Shown here piece after piece: positions 19,575-28,338 of a stretch of DNA of 40,589 nt. The number at the start of each line of letters is the position of its first letter. Position 1 is the first letter of the stretch. Source of the stretch: an uncultured Chloroflexota bacterium (GTDB taxonomy: Bacteria; Chloroflexota; Anaerolineae; Anaerolineales; Villigracilaceae). The DNA lies in contig CAILWD010000022.1 in assembly GCA_903837815.1 (NCBI GenBank), positions 1 to 40,589 of the forward strand, written 5' to 3'. Below the pieces are notes generated by a model, which did no database searches, was not told the origin of the DNA, and was given only the letters and a program-made list of their open reading frames with translations. A program made the position numbers and the translations under genes.

Positions 19575-20534
19575 CTACACCTCTATGTCTGCTATTTTCA
19601 TCATGATAAAGTAACTGGTAAAAATCAGGCCAAGCACCACGCAAATGATGGCGGCGGCAATGAGGTTTCCGGCTGAGGTAATGGAAAGCAAGTACTCCGG
19701 ATTGAGAAACCACAGAATGAGAACCAGGAAAAAGGGGATCATGGAAAGCACGGTACCGGAAGTCCGCACCTGTGAAGTCAAGACCCGCACTTCGCCTTTG
19801 ATGCGCACGCGTTCGCGGATGGTAAACGAGATATTATCCAAAATTTCAGAAAGGTTACCGCCCACCTCGCGCTGGACGTTGATGGCTGTCACTACAAAAT
19901 CGAGGTCCTGGCTGGGGATGCGGCGAAGCAAGTTGTCGAGCGCGGTCTCCATCGGGATGCCGATTTGCATTTCCTGAATCACGCGTCGAAACTCGTCACA
20001 AATTGGAGCAGGCAGTTCCTTGCTGATTGCCTCCATTGCCTGCATGGTAGAGTACCCTGCGCGTAAACCATTCACCATCAGGTTGAGCATGTCGGAGAGC
20101 TGGTCGTTGAATTTCTGAAGCCGTTTTTTCTGCTGGGACCTGACATAAAAGCCCGGAGCAAATGCGCCAAGCAACATGCCAATAATGGCGGAAACCGGAT
20201 GCCGGCTTCCTAAAAACCATGCTACAAGCCCGCCAAGCAGGATTGTGACAAGAATCAAAACAAAATACTCGCCCACTTTGAATTTCAGGTCGGCGCGGGC
20301 AAGGTTGCGCGCAACACGGTCGCCAAAGGATGTTTTTTCGACCCGCTTCGAAACCCATTCTACAAGCGCGGAACTTTCGGGCTGGCGGCTGGCGCTCTTT
20401 ATTTCATCTTCGTCCAGGTATTGAGCAAGACGTTTCTCAACCAGAACACGTTCGCTGTTGGATGAGATTACAACGCCAACAACGAGCAAGATGATCAATA
20501 GGATGCCGCCAATGATAATGATTTGTATCGTCAT
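19575..20534 (-). CDS. tadB: Tad pilus assembly platform protein TadB (T2SSF family)
   Basis: FNDQLSDMLNLMVNGLRAGYS, VQREVGGNLSEIL, IRER. Confidence 0.92.
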   Translation of the reverse strand: MTIQIIIIGGILLIILLVVGVVISSNSERVLVEKRLAQYLDEDEIKSASRQPESSALVEWVSKRVEKTSFGDRVARNLARADLKFKVGEYFVLILVTILLGGLVAWFLGSRHPVSAIIGMLLGAFAPGFYVRSQQKKRLQKFNDQLSDMLNLMVNGLRAGYSTMQAMEAISKELPAPICDEFRRVIQEMQIGIPMETALDNLLRRIPSQDLDFVVTAINVQREVGGNLSEILDNISFTIRERVRIKGEVRVLTSQVRTSGTVLSMIPFFLVLILWFLNPEYLLSITSAGNLIAAAIICVVLGLIFTSYFIMMKIADIEV

Positions 20535-20564
20535 GTCTGATGATCCAAAAGCGCAAATAAGCCG

Positions 20565-22022
20565 CTAATAACGGCGGCGTTCGCCAATGCCAAAGATGGA
20601 AGGCGGCAGGTGGATTCCGGCGGCTTCGATCTTTTCCATGAATTTCGGGCGCAGTCCGGTGGGACGTGTGCGTCCGATGATCCTGCCGTTTTCGAGCCCG
20701 GTCTGTTCAAATACAAAAAGGTCGGTCATGGTAATTACATCACCTTCCATTCCGCTGACCTCAGTCACGCTGATAACCTTGCGGCTGCCATCACGCATGC
20801 GAGCCTGCTGGCATATGACATCGACAGCGCCCGCAATCTGTTCGCGGATCGCCTTGACGGGAAGGTCCATGCCCGCCATTAAACACATGGTTTCGATACG
20901 AGAGATTGCGTCACGCGGCGAGTTGGCATGCGCAGTGGTCATGGAACCATCGTGACCGGTGTTCATCGCCTGCAACATATCCAACGTTTCGCCGCCACGG
21001 CATTCTCCAACGATAATCCGCTCAGGGCGCATACGGAGGGAGTTGATTACCAGATCGCGGATGGAGACTTCACCGCGCCCTTCAATATTGGGTGGGCGCG
21101 ACTCAAGCGTAACGACATGTTCCTGGCGAAGTTGAAGTTCCGCCGCATTTTCAATTGTGATGATGCGTTCATCGTCAGGGATGAAACCCGATAATACATT
21201 CAAAAGCGTGGTCTTGCCAGAGCCGGTGCCGCCGGAGATGACAATATTCAATCGTGCTTCCACGCACGCCTTGAGAAATTGAACAGCCTCGGGTGAAATC
21301 GAACCGAACTGAATCATCTGTTCGATGGTGATTGGATTCTTGGAAAATTTACGGATGGTAAGAACAGGGCCGACCAATGAAATAGGGGGAATCACCGCAT
21401 TGACGCGGGAGCCATCCTGCAAACGCGCATCCACATACGGGCTGGACTCGTCGATGCGCCGTCCGAGTGGCGCAACGATACGGTCGATGACGCGCATGAC
21501 GTGATCATTATTCTCGAAGGTGATCGGAACGCGATGAAGCTTGCCCTTGCGTTCGATATAAATATTCTTTGGCCCATTCACCATGATTTCGGTGATCGTG
21601 TCATCTTCCAAAAGAGATTGCAGCGGTCCCAATCCGAGGATTTCGGCAGCGATCTGCTCAAAAAGACGCGCCCGCTCGGGGCGTGAAAGAACGATGTTTT
21701 CCTCAGTGAGTATCTGCTCGAACAAATCCTGGATTGTGCGCCGTACCTCATCGGTTTTGCTCGCATCCATGGAAGGATCGATTTCGGCCAATAACTTGTT
21801 CTGTACGCGGGTCTTCAAGTCAAAGTAGGAGCCCGCTTGAGGAGAAGTAGCGGGAGCGCTGACACGGCGTGCTTGCAGTGACGACAAGCGTGAGCCGTCG
21901 CCGCTGCCACCAGGGACCGGTGCTCCCGTGCTGCCAGGCGGCTTTGGCAGGGAGGGCTTTGGCGCGGCGCCTTCCTGTTGACCGCCACCCTGACTCTGTT
22001 CAATTCGCCGAAGCAATGACAT
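20565..22022 (-). CDS. cpaF: Tad pilus ATPase CpaF/TadA
   Basis: [39 protein letters not shown]. Confidence 0.96.
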   Translation of the reverse strand: MSLLRRIEQSQGGGQQEGAAPKPSLPKPPGSTGAPVPGGSGDGSRLSSLQARRVSAPATSPQAGSYFDLKTRVQNKLLAEIDPSMDASKTDEVRRTIQDLFEQILTEENIVLSRPERARLFEQIAAEILGLGPLQSLLEDDTITEIMVNGPKNIYIERKGKLHRVPITFENNDHVMRVIDRIVAPLGRRIDESSPYVDARLQDGSRVNAVIPPISLVGPVLTIRKFSKNPITIEQMIQFGSISPEAVQFLKACVEARLNIVISGGTGSGKTTLLNVLSGFIPDDERIITIENAAELQLRQEHVVTLESRPPNIEGRGEVSIRDLVINSLRMRPERIIVGECRGGETLDMLQAMNTGHDGSMTTAHANSPRDAISRIETMCLMAGMDLPVKAIREQIAGAVDVICQQARMRDGSRKVISVTEVSGMEGDVITMTDLFVFEQTGLENGRIIGRTRPTGLRPKFMEKIEAAGIHLPPSIFGIGERRRY

Positions 22023-22033
22023 AGCAAATCTCC

Positions 22034-23272
22034 TTAGCGCTTACCAGATACTTCATCGGCGGTCTCTAATGCGCTCAACCGCGCACGGACCGCTTCGGCC
22101 AGCGAGAAAATGCCTCTTCCCGCAGGCTGGGCTTTATTATCAAGCATAAAGGGCACGCCACGGTTAACCGCCGTGATGGCGACTTTCTCGTCAAGTGGAA
22201 TTGTCGCCAAAATCTCATGCTTCAGGTTTTCGCTTACCCGCTCCGGCGTAATGCCAATTCGCTTGTCATGCCGATTCATCGCAAAGACAACCCTTTCCTT
22301 CCCCAATCCCATGTTTTGCAGCAGGTCGAGGAAGAGTCGTGCGTTTTTGATTGCAGGGATTTCCTGTGTGGTAAGCAATACGATCACGTCGCTAATGTCG
22401 AGCATCGACAGGACAATATCAGACAGAATGTGGGAGGTGTCGACGATAACATAGGCAAACATATTTTGCAGGTATTGGACAACCTTGGTAAACTGCTCGG
22501 TGCTGACCTGATCTGCCATTTCTGGGCGCTGGGGAGCCGCAAGAATTCTCACCCCCGAAGCCGAATGCTTTATCAGAATATCCTCGACGATCTCTCTTTC
22601 CAATTCGTCGACTCGCGGAGCCAGTTCAAGAATGGTATTCTTGCCCTGTTCATTGACAAAAATCGCCACATCCCCAAATTGAAGGTTTGCATCTACGAGC
22701 ACCGTGCGGGTATCTTCATTGTTGAGCGCAAGCGCCAGGTTGACGGCAACCGTGGTGCATCCCGTTCCGCCTTTGGGACTGTAAACGGTGATCACCTTGC
22801 CTTTCGACATCGGGGCAAACCCTGCTGCCGCAGGCGCGCCAGCCGCGGTTACATTTATTAGTTGTTGTTGGGCGCCTTTGGCTCGTTCGGCATGAGCCAT
22901 TCCACCAGCCCGCCGTATGGCAGATATAAGTTCGTCGCCCAGGGGAGGCTTGGTCAAAAAGTCGCGCGCGCCGGCAAGCATTGCCTTGCGCATATAATTT
23001 TGGTCGCTCTGAACCGATAAAATTACGACTTGAATGTAGGGCGACTTTTTTCGTATCGTGTCAGTGGCTGTGATGCCATCGATATCGGGCATATTAATGT
23101 CCATGAGCACGACATCCGGGTCCAACTCGAACGCCAGTTGAATGCCTTCCTTGCCGGAACGCGCCGCGCCAACAACATCCACATCCGATTCAAACTGCAA
23201 CAACTTGCGAATATTTTCGCGTGTTTCGGCAATATCATCCACAACAAGAATGCGAATTTTATTCACAGCCAT
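22034..23272 (-). CDS. cpaE: CpaE/TadZ-like protein: receiver domain + MinD/ParA-type ATPase
   Basis: VVDD...LMDINMPDIDG...LSV...TKP receiver, then deviant Walker A SPKGGTGCTT and D.NLQFGD. Confidence 0.88.
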   Translation of the reverse strand: MAVNKIRILVVDDIAETRENIRKLLQFESDVDVVGAARSGKEGIQLAFELDPDVVLMDINMPDIDGITATDTIRKKSPYIQVVILSVQSDQNYMRKAMLAGARDFLTKPPLGDELISAIRRAGGMAHAERAKGAQQQLINVTAAGAPAAAGFAPMSKGKVITVYSPKGGTGCTTVAVNLALALNNEDTRTVLVDANLQFGDVAIFVNEQGKNTILELAPRVDELEREIVEDILIKHSASGVRILAAPQRPEMADQVSTEQFTKVVQYLQNMFAYVIVDTSHILSDIVLSMLDISDVIVLLTTQEIPAIKNARLFLDLLQNMGLGKERVVFAMNRHDKRIGITPERVSENLKHEILATIPLDEKVAITAVNRGVPFMLDNKAQPAGRGIFSLAEAVRARLSALETADEVSGKR

Positions 23273-23368
23273 ATCAATGAATCCGTTGACATCGAAAAGA
23301 TAATTCTGAATTGATCGCTAGCAAAGCGCAATTTCTCAATCCTTCACCGCGTATAAGTAATTTTTCAT

Positions 23369-23410
23369 CCCTGATCTCCAGAAGTTTTTCGAAACGCTGA
23401 AAGATCAGGG
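23369..23410. other. Inverted repeat between cpaB and cpaE
   Basis: CCCTGATCT (23369-23377) / AGATCAGGG (23402-23410) with partial inner pairing; no adjacent U-tract on the coding strand. Confidence 0.4.
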
Positions 23411-23446
23411 GTGTCGCCAAAAATCATGCTTCGCGCTTCATCTCAT

Positions 23447-24556
23447 TTATTCTGCGGCGGGAGCAAGAGCCGGCGCGCAGATTTCTGATGAGCCGATGCT
23501 GAGATTACAGAAACTGATTGTGTAAGGCTCAAGCGAATAAGGCAGCTTTGCGGGAACAGGTATATTGTATTGACTCAGGAGGAATTGCAGGGTGGAAGCT
23601 TCGGTCGCCTGGCGCATGTCATCAAGAGGGTTGCGCAAAGATAATGATATTTCGGCGTCTGTGTGGAGCAGATAGGACAGCGCAATCGAATCCTGCGGGG
23701 TAACGATTAAAGTGACAAGATCGGGAGGAGCAGTGGGTATCGGATTCCCTTCCGCGTCTGTTTGCGGCGCAGAGGGTGTATCGATGCCCGCATTTGCTTC
23801 CCGCGAGAACTCGCCCGCTTTCATGACAAGAATGTTCTGCAACAACATCTGGCAGACCATGCGCGGGCGTTGAGATTCAGAGGGGATCAAATAATAAGGC
23901 TGCTGGAGAGAGGGGTCCAATTCCAATTTGCCTTGAGGAGTGCCTTGCGCGGCAACGGCAAGCGAAAGAACGGGCAAACCTTCCGAGGTCGTGCCTTCAG
24001 ATGTCACAGTTCCAAACCCCGTTCCCACCAGGGTGGCAGTTTGATTGGGAAGCGCCGTTTGGAATGTCGGGTCCACGTCAACAAAAAGGAAACATGCGGT
24101 GAGATTAACGTGTGCGCCATTGTTGATTGCGTATCCCGCAAGCGTAAAGCGGTCGGCGGGGATGGACATGGCGCTCATTCCCGGCGGGATGATGGTAGCC
24201 CATGATGGGCCGGAAATTTCCACATCTGCCGCTGATTCGCCGACCATTGCGGAAGTAATAACAACCCCCTGATCAAGCGGGAATTTCGCGACTTTTCCTA
24301 AAAGATTTGCTTCTTCACCTTTGGTGAACATCGGTTCAACCACATTTTCAGGGGCAATCTTAATGGTGGAAAGTAGACCTTCTGTGATCTTTCCTCCCAT
24401 CGAAATGGGCTGCGCCACGATATACACCTCAACGTACGCGGGCTGCTGATCCACCGTGGATTGCGGCTTCAGATACTGGGTGTATGCCAAAAAACCGACC
24501 ACCGCGGCAATAATAATGATCAGGAATACAAAAATCAGGGTACGAACGCGACGCAT
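23447..24556 (-). CDS. cpaB: CpaB/RcpC-family Flp pilus assembly protein (SAF domain)
   Basis: N-terminal TM, SAF-like VYIVAQPI, IPPGMSAMSI, LLQNILV, VTLIVTPQD, LSLRNP; SD GAGGAG. Confidence 0.85.
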   Translation of the reverse strand: MRRVRTLIFVFLIIIIAAVVGFLAYTQYLKPQSTVDQQPAYVEVYIVAQPISMGGKITEGLLSTIKIAPENVVEPMFTKGEEANLLGKVAKFPLDQGVVITSAMVGESAADVEISGPSWATIIPPGMSAMSIPADRFTLAGYAINNGAHVNLTACFLFVDVDPTFQTALPNQTATLVGTGFGTVTSEGTTSEGLPVLSLAVAAQGTPQGKLELDPSLQQPYYLIPSESQRPRMVCQMLLQNILVMKAGEFSREANAGIDTPSAPQTDAEGNPIPTAPPDLVTLIVTPQDSIALSYLLHTDAEISLSLRNPLDDMRQATEASTLQFLLSQYNIPVPAKLPYSLEPYTISFCNLSIGSSEICAPALAPAAE

Positions 24557-24607
24557 AAGAATCTCCTCTTTTCGCTATCCAAGAATGGAGTATTTTATAA
24601 CACGTTG

Positions 24608-24636
24608 ATTATACAGGAAAAATGACAAAAACATAA
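24608..24636 (-). promoter_or_regulatory. Putative cpaB promoter
   Basis: Perfect TATAAT (24613-24608); weak -35 (TTATGT) at 17 nt. Confidence 0.5.
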
Positions 24637-24704
24637 TCAGCCTGTTTCAGCCCCATAGATTCGGCAACATCTTTCTGCGACATCCATATCGGGTAAGAAT
24701 ACAT

Positions 24705-24740
24705 AAAAGATAAGCGGAAACAGGGTTCCGCTTATCTTTT
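24705..24740 (-). terminator. Intrinsic terminator after flp
   Basis: AAAAGATAAGCGGAA / TTCCGCTTATCTTTT perfect 15-bp inverted repeat, 5 nt past the flp stop. Confidence 0.85.
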
Positions 24741-24745
24741 CGAAA

Positions 24746-24901
24746 TCAAACGCGCGACAAGCTTGAATTGATCAAACTAAACGCGTTTCCAATGACGGGA
24801 CCCAGGACAAGCAGAGCGACAAGAACAACGATAGCAACCATGACCAAAATAAAAGCGTACTCAACCAGTCCTTGTCCTTTTTCCCTTTCAAAAAGGAACA
24901 T
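24746..24901 (-). CDS. flp: Flp (type IVc) major pilin, 51 aa; absent from the ORF track
   Basis: MFLFEREKG|QGLVEYAFILVMVAIVVLVALLVLGPVIGNAFSLINSSLSRV: G-1, E+5, Y+6 and hydrophobic helix; SD AAGGAGGT. Confidence 0.95.
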   Translation of the reverse strand: MFLFEREKGQGLVEYAFILVMVAIVVLVALLVLGPVIGNAFSLINSSLSRV

Positions 24902-24967
24902 TCAAGCCACCTCCTTCCATTTTATAAGATGGGTGCTTACAAAATAGAACTGACGAAAACATAACCT

Positions 24968-24997
24968 ATTATACATTTTTCCTGTCGAATAAAACAA
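24968..24997 (-). promoter_or_regulatory. Putative sigma70-type flp promoter
   Basis: TTGTTT-18 nt-TATAAT on the minus strand. Confidence 0.55.
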
Positions 24998-25066
24998 GAC
25001 CGTCAGGGGTCTGTCCCTACAACATTGTTAGGAGACCAAAAGGCACGCCTTCAATTTGGAGTAAGT

Positions 25067-26080
25067 TTACATCTTTGAGGGAACGGTAAAAGAAATTCGG
25101 GCGCCGGAGCCGGGAGCGCTCTCAACTTCGAAGTTGCCGCCCAACATTTCGGAGCGTTCACGGATCAATTTCAACCCCAGGCTGGTGGAGTCTTGCAAGG
25201 TTTCCGGGGCAAAGCCTTTTCCATTATCCTCGACATTGACACGGATAAATTCATTGCCCAGGTCAATCTGCACTTTGATCAGGGTAGCCTGGCTATGCCG
25301 CGAGGCGTTTCCGAGCAGTTCCTGCACGGCGCGGAAAATCATCACTTCCAAATAAGGTTCGAGACGGCACTCGGCCCCTGTCACCATGACGCTCACCTCC
25401 AGCCCCGATTGTTCCTTGAAGGCATCAGAATACTTCCGCAGGGTTGGGACCAGACCCAAATCGTCGAGCATCATGGGGCGAAGTTCAAAGATGAAGTTGC
25501 GAACCTTTTGGAAGGTGCCCATGGCGGAGGTTTTCAAGTTCCCCAATTCATCCTTTGCCTGGACGGGGTCTACATCCAAAAGACGCATGGCAATTTCTGT
25601 TTGCAGAATGAAGTTCGAGAGGGCCTGAGCGGGGCCATCATGCATTTGACGGGAAAGGCGCTGCCGCTCCGCCTCTTGCGCGCTGACAATCATCTCGATG
25701 CCAGCCATCTGGCTCTTTGCACTGGCTGCGGATGCGGAAGTATTGCCGGCATTGCCGCTCACATCTCCGTCAACAATCCGTTCGAGAACGGTTTTGTATT
25801 TTTGCAGATGATCCCTGTCGTTTTGGAGTTTTTCAAGCTGGCCGCGCATAATAAAAAAACGCTGTTGTACGTCCAGCGCGGAATCATAGGACATCTTGAG
25901 TTCTTCGATGGTGGTGCCTTGTTTTTGTGTCTGTTGAAGATGCGAAGTGATTGCGGTGTTGCGTTGGGTGATCTTGCCCAGTTCCCCCTGGCTTTGTTCG
26001 ATCATCAAAGTCACTTCACGCAGGGCGCGTTGGGTTTCTTCCAGTTCTTTCTGATAATCCATCAGTTCATTTTCGGTCAT
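25067..26080 (-). CDS. Cytoplasmic DegS-like sensor histidine kinase (coiled coil + HisKA_3 + HATPase_c)
   Basis: AQEAERQRLSRQMHDGPAQAL, IFELRPMMLDDLGL, QELLGNASRH, DNGKGF, GLKLIRER; no TM; start at ATG 26080 after GGAG. Confidence 0.9.
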   Translation of the reverse strand: MTENELMDYQKELEETQRALREVTLMIEQSQGELGKITQRNTAITSHLQQTQKQGTTIEELKMSYDSALDVQQRFFIMRGQLEKLQNDRDHLQKYKTVLERIVDGDVSGNAGNTSASAASAKSQMAGIEMIVSAQEAERQRLSRQMHDGPAQALSNFILQTEIAMRLLDVDPVQAKDELGNLKTSAMGTFQKVRNFIFELRPMMLDDLGLVPTLRKYSDAFKEQSGLEVSVMVTGAECRLEPYLEVMIFRAVQELLGNASRHSQATLIKVQIDLGNEFIRVNVEDNGKGFAPETLQDSTSLGLKLIRERSEMLGGNFEVESAPGSGARISFTVPSKM

Positions 26081-26085
26081 GGTCG

Positions 26086-26787
26086 TTACTCCTGGTGGTA
26101 TATATCGGCATCCCTCAACGTCACCCAACCACGTTTTAGAGCATAGACAACCGCCTGAGTGCGGTCTTCCACCCCAAATTTACGCAGGATGGCTGTGACG
26201 TGGTTCTTGACTGTCTGGTGGCTAATTCCAAGCAGGCTGGCGATTTCCTTGTTGCTCATGCCGCGCACCACGCAGGAAAGAACTTCCATTTCCCGATCGG
26301 ATAATGGGTGGAAGGGAGTGCCAGGCTCACTGTAGGAGCGGCGCGCCCCTTCGATGCGATCTTCCACCCATAGTTCCAGTTCGCGGCGCGTAAAAACATT
26401 GTGGTCGAAAACGTATTTTCCTTCAGCAACTTCGCGAATAATACGTGAAAGGGTTTGCGGTTCGATGTCCTTCGAGCAATAGCCATAGGCTCCAGCCAAC
26501 GCGGCGTGAATTGCCTGTTCCACATCGTCGTACCCCGTCATCAGAATAATGCGCGTGGGAAGTTTATCCTGGAATACCTGATGCGTAATCTGCTGGCCGT
26601 TCATGCCGGGCAGGTTCACGTCCAACACGGCAATGGTCGGCTTCCTGGTACGAATCACTTCTAAGGCATCATCCCCATTGGAGCACTGGGCAACGACTCG
26701 CATATCAGGCTCAAGGGATAATGCATCCACCACTCCCTGGCGGAACAATGGATGGTCGTCAACAACGATAAGGCTAATCTGGTTCAT
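26086..26787 (-). CDS. NarL/DegU-like response regulator (REC + LuxR HTH)
   Basis: VVDDHPLFRQG, LDVNLPGMNG, LSDREMEVL, GMSNKEIA, TVKNHV, DRTQAVVYA. Confidence 0.93.
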   Translation of the reverse strand: MNQISLIVVDDHPLFRQGVVDALSLEPDMRVVAQCSNGDDALEVIRTRKPTIAVLDVNLPGMNGQQITHQVFQDKLPTRIILMTGYDDVEQAIHAALAGAYGYCSKDIEPQTLSRIIREVAEGKYVFDHNVFTRRELELWVEDRIEGARRSYSEPGTPFHPLSDREMEVLSCVVRGMSNKEIASLLGISHQTVKNHVTAILRKFGVEDRTQAVVYALKRGWVTLRDADIYHQE

Positions 26788-26841
26788 CCCAAACCCATTC
26801 TCTCTTTGTGTTTGATTTATAAGTTGGCATATTTTAACCTA

Positions 26842-28338
26842 TTATGGGGCTTTCCACAGATAGACCGCCAAATTCTCCTCTTCGAATATTTTCTGCGTGA
26901 CCCTGCTATTCGAAGTGAATACAGCCTCGGCGTCTTTGGTCAATTGCCGATAAAAAAACGGAAAGGCTATCAGGTAATCCGCGCCCTGTTGGTTGAGATG
27001 GTTTGCAATGCCGGGTTCATCGCGAATAAAAGGGATAACCTCCGGCGATATCAAACCCGCGAGGTCGATCAGTTCGTGATTGTCGAAGTAACCCAGGGCG
27101 CCGATGTCGTGGGCGGCGATCAAGGCGTCGGGCGGAAGGTTGGTCGCGGCCCATTTGGCTGTGACCACCATTTCGCTTTCTATCAGGGCGACATCGTTTG
27201 CATAGGATTTCGCGCCCATGAAAATGAAGGCGACGGATAGCATAACAAGACTGGCGCGCCAGATGGTTTGCCCAATCCAGTGGTAGCGGGCAAACAATTT
27301 TCCTGCGTCGAATTCGGCAAAAGCCAGCAAACCATACAGGAAAAAAATCGGCATGGCAGGCATGATATAGCGTCCGTGCTGGTAGACGGGGAGGCGGGAA
27401 ACATAAAGGATAAGATAACCCGCTGTCCAAATCAGGGCGGCGAGACTGCCCCACATCTTATGCCTGATCGATTTCACCAGCCAGCCGATGATTCCAGGAA
27501 TCAACACGAGGCTTGGGCCGACCAGCAGTTGCAGGGACATTTGTCCCAGACGGTCGAGAATAGGAAGCGCCTGCCACGAGGCGTATTCGGCTTGCTTGGC
27601 GTAAAACGTATTCGGCATGGGTGCGCCGCCAACAGCAAGGTTGAACAACAAATAGAAGACAAACAGGGAACCAAAGCCGATAAGATAGCGTGTGAGTTGG
27701 GTCAGTTTCGAGCGGACATCGCCGCCTGTGAGCAGAATAACCATCAAGACGGGACCGAGCAGGGTCAAACCGTCGGGGCGGACCCAGACCGAGAGACCAG
27801 TCAACAGGCCCAGGGTGAGGTAGCGGGGCGAGTTCGTCATCAGCAAGGTAAGAACTGTCGTGAGGATCAATCCGTGGAGCAGGGTCTCCATCCCAGACAT
27901 CGCCGCCCAGACAAAATGCCATTCAACGGCAAAGAAAATTCCAACCCAGGGGAAGCGCGGATGATAGGTTTGCACGAGTTCGCGGATAGCCCATTCACAA
28001 AGGATTGCCAACGCAAAGAGCGTGACCATGCCGAGGAGGTAAGCCCAGATGTAGGGCGAGAGGCGGAGGAGAAAGCCGAGGGCAAGCAGCGCAGACCAAA
28101 GCGGGGCAGTGGAGCCAGCCGAGGGGACGCCAGGGCGGAATGCCCATTCGCCATGTTGGGCGAGGTTGCGGGCATAGGTTTGGTGAATCCAGGAATCGTC
28201 GAGGGGGAAGCCGATGCCGTAGGTGAGTTGACTCGCAAGCAGATAGACCGTGGCAATCAACAGGACTACGACGGCAAGAATGAACAAATTGCGTGGCGGG
28301 AGTTTATTCGATTCGGATGTGGTAGATGCGCGTGTCAT
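26842..28338 (-). CDS. Polytopic membrane glycosyltransferase, GT-C superfamily
   Basis: DDSWIHQTYARNL after TM1, SGMET, RPDG, RYIMP, DIGALGY, IDLAGL; start could be 28359. Confidence 0.7.
   Translation of the reverse strand: MTRASTTSESNKLPPRNLFILAVVVLLIATVYLLASQLTYGIGFPLDDSWIHQTYARNLAQHGEWAFRPGVPSAGSTAPLWSALLALGFLLRLSPYIWAYLLGMVTLFALAILCEWAIRELVQTYHPRFPWVGIFFAVEWHFVWAAMSGMETLLHGLILTTVLTLLMTNSPRYLTLGLLTGLSVWVRPDGLTLLGPVLMVILLTGGDVRSKLTQLTRYLIGFGSLFVFYLLFNLAVGGAPMPNTFYAKQAEYASWQALPILDRLGQMSLQLLVGPSLVLIPGIIGWLVKSIRHKMWGSLAALIWTAGYLILYVSRLPVYQHGRYIMPAMPIFFLYGLLAFAEFDAGKLFARYHWIGQTIWRASLVMLSVAFIFMGAKSYANDVALIESEMVVTAKWAATNLPPDALIAAHDIGALGYFDNHELIDLAGLISPEVIPFIRDEPGIANHLNQQGADYLIAFPFFYRQLTKDAEAVFTSNSRVTQKIFEEENLAVYLWKAP

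Noticed and set aside
24902-25066. c-di-GMP or other riboswitch ahead of flp
   Set aside because: No GGCAAA...GAAA...GCAAAG-type core; the predicted leader is short and AT-rich.
25193-26146. 317-aa + strand ORF
   Set aside because: Antisense shadow of the histidine kinase.
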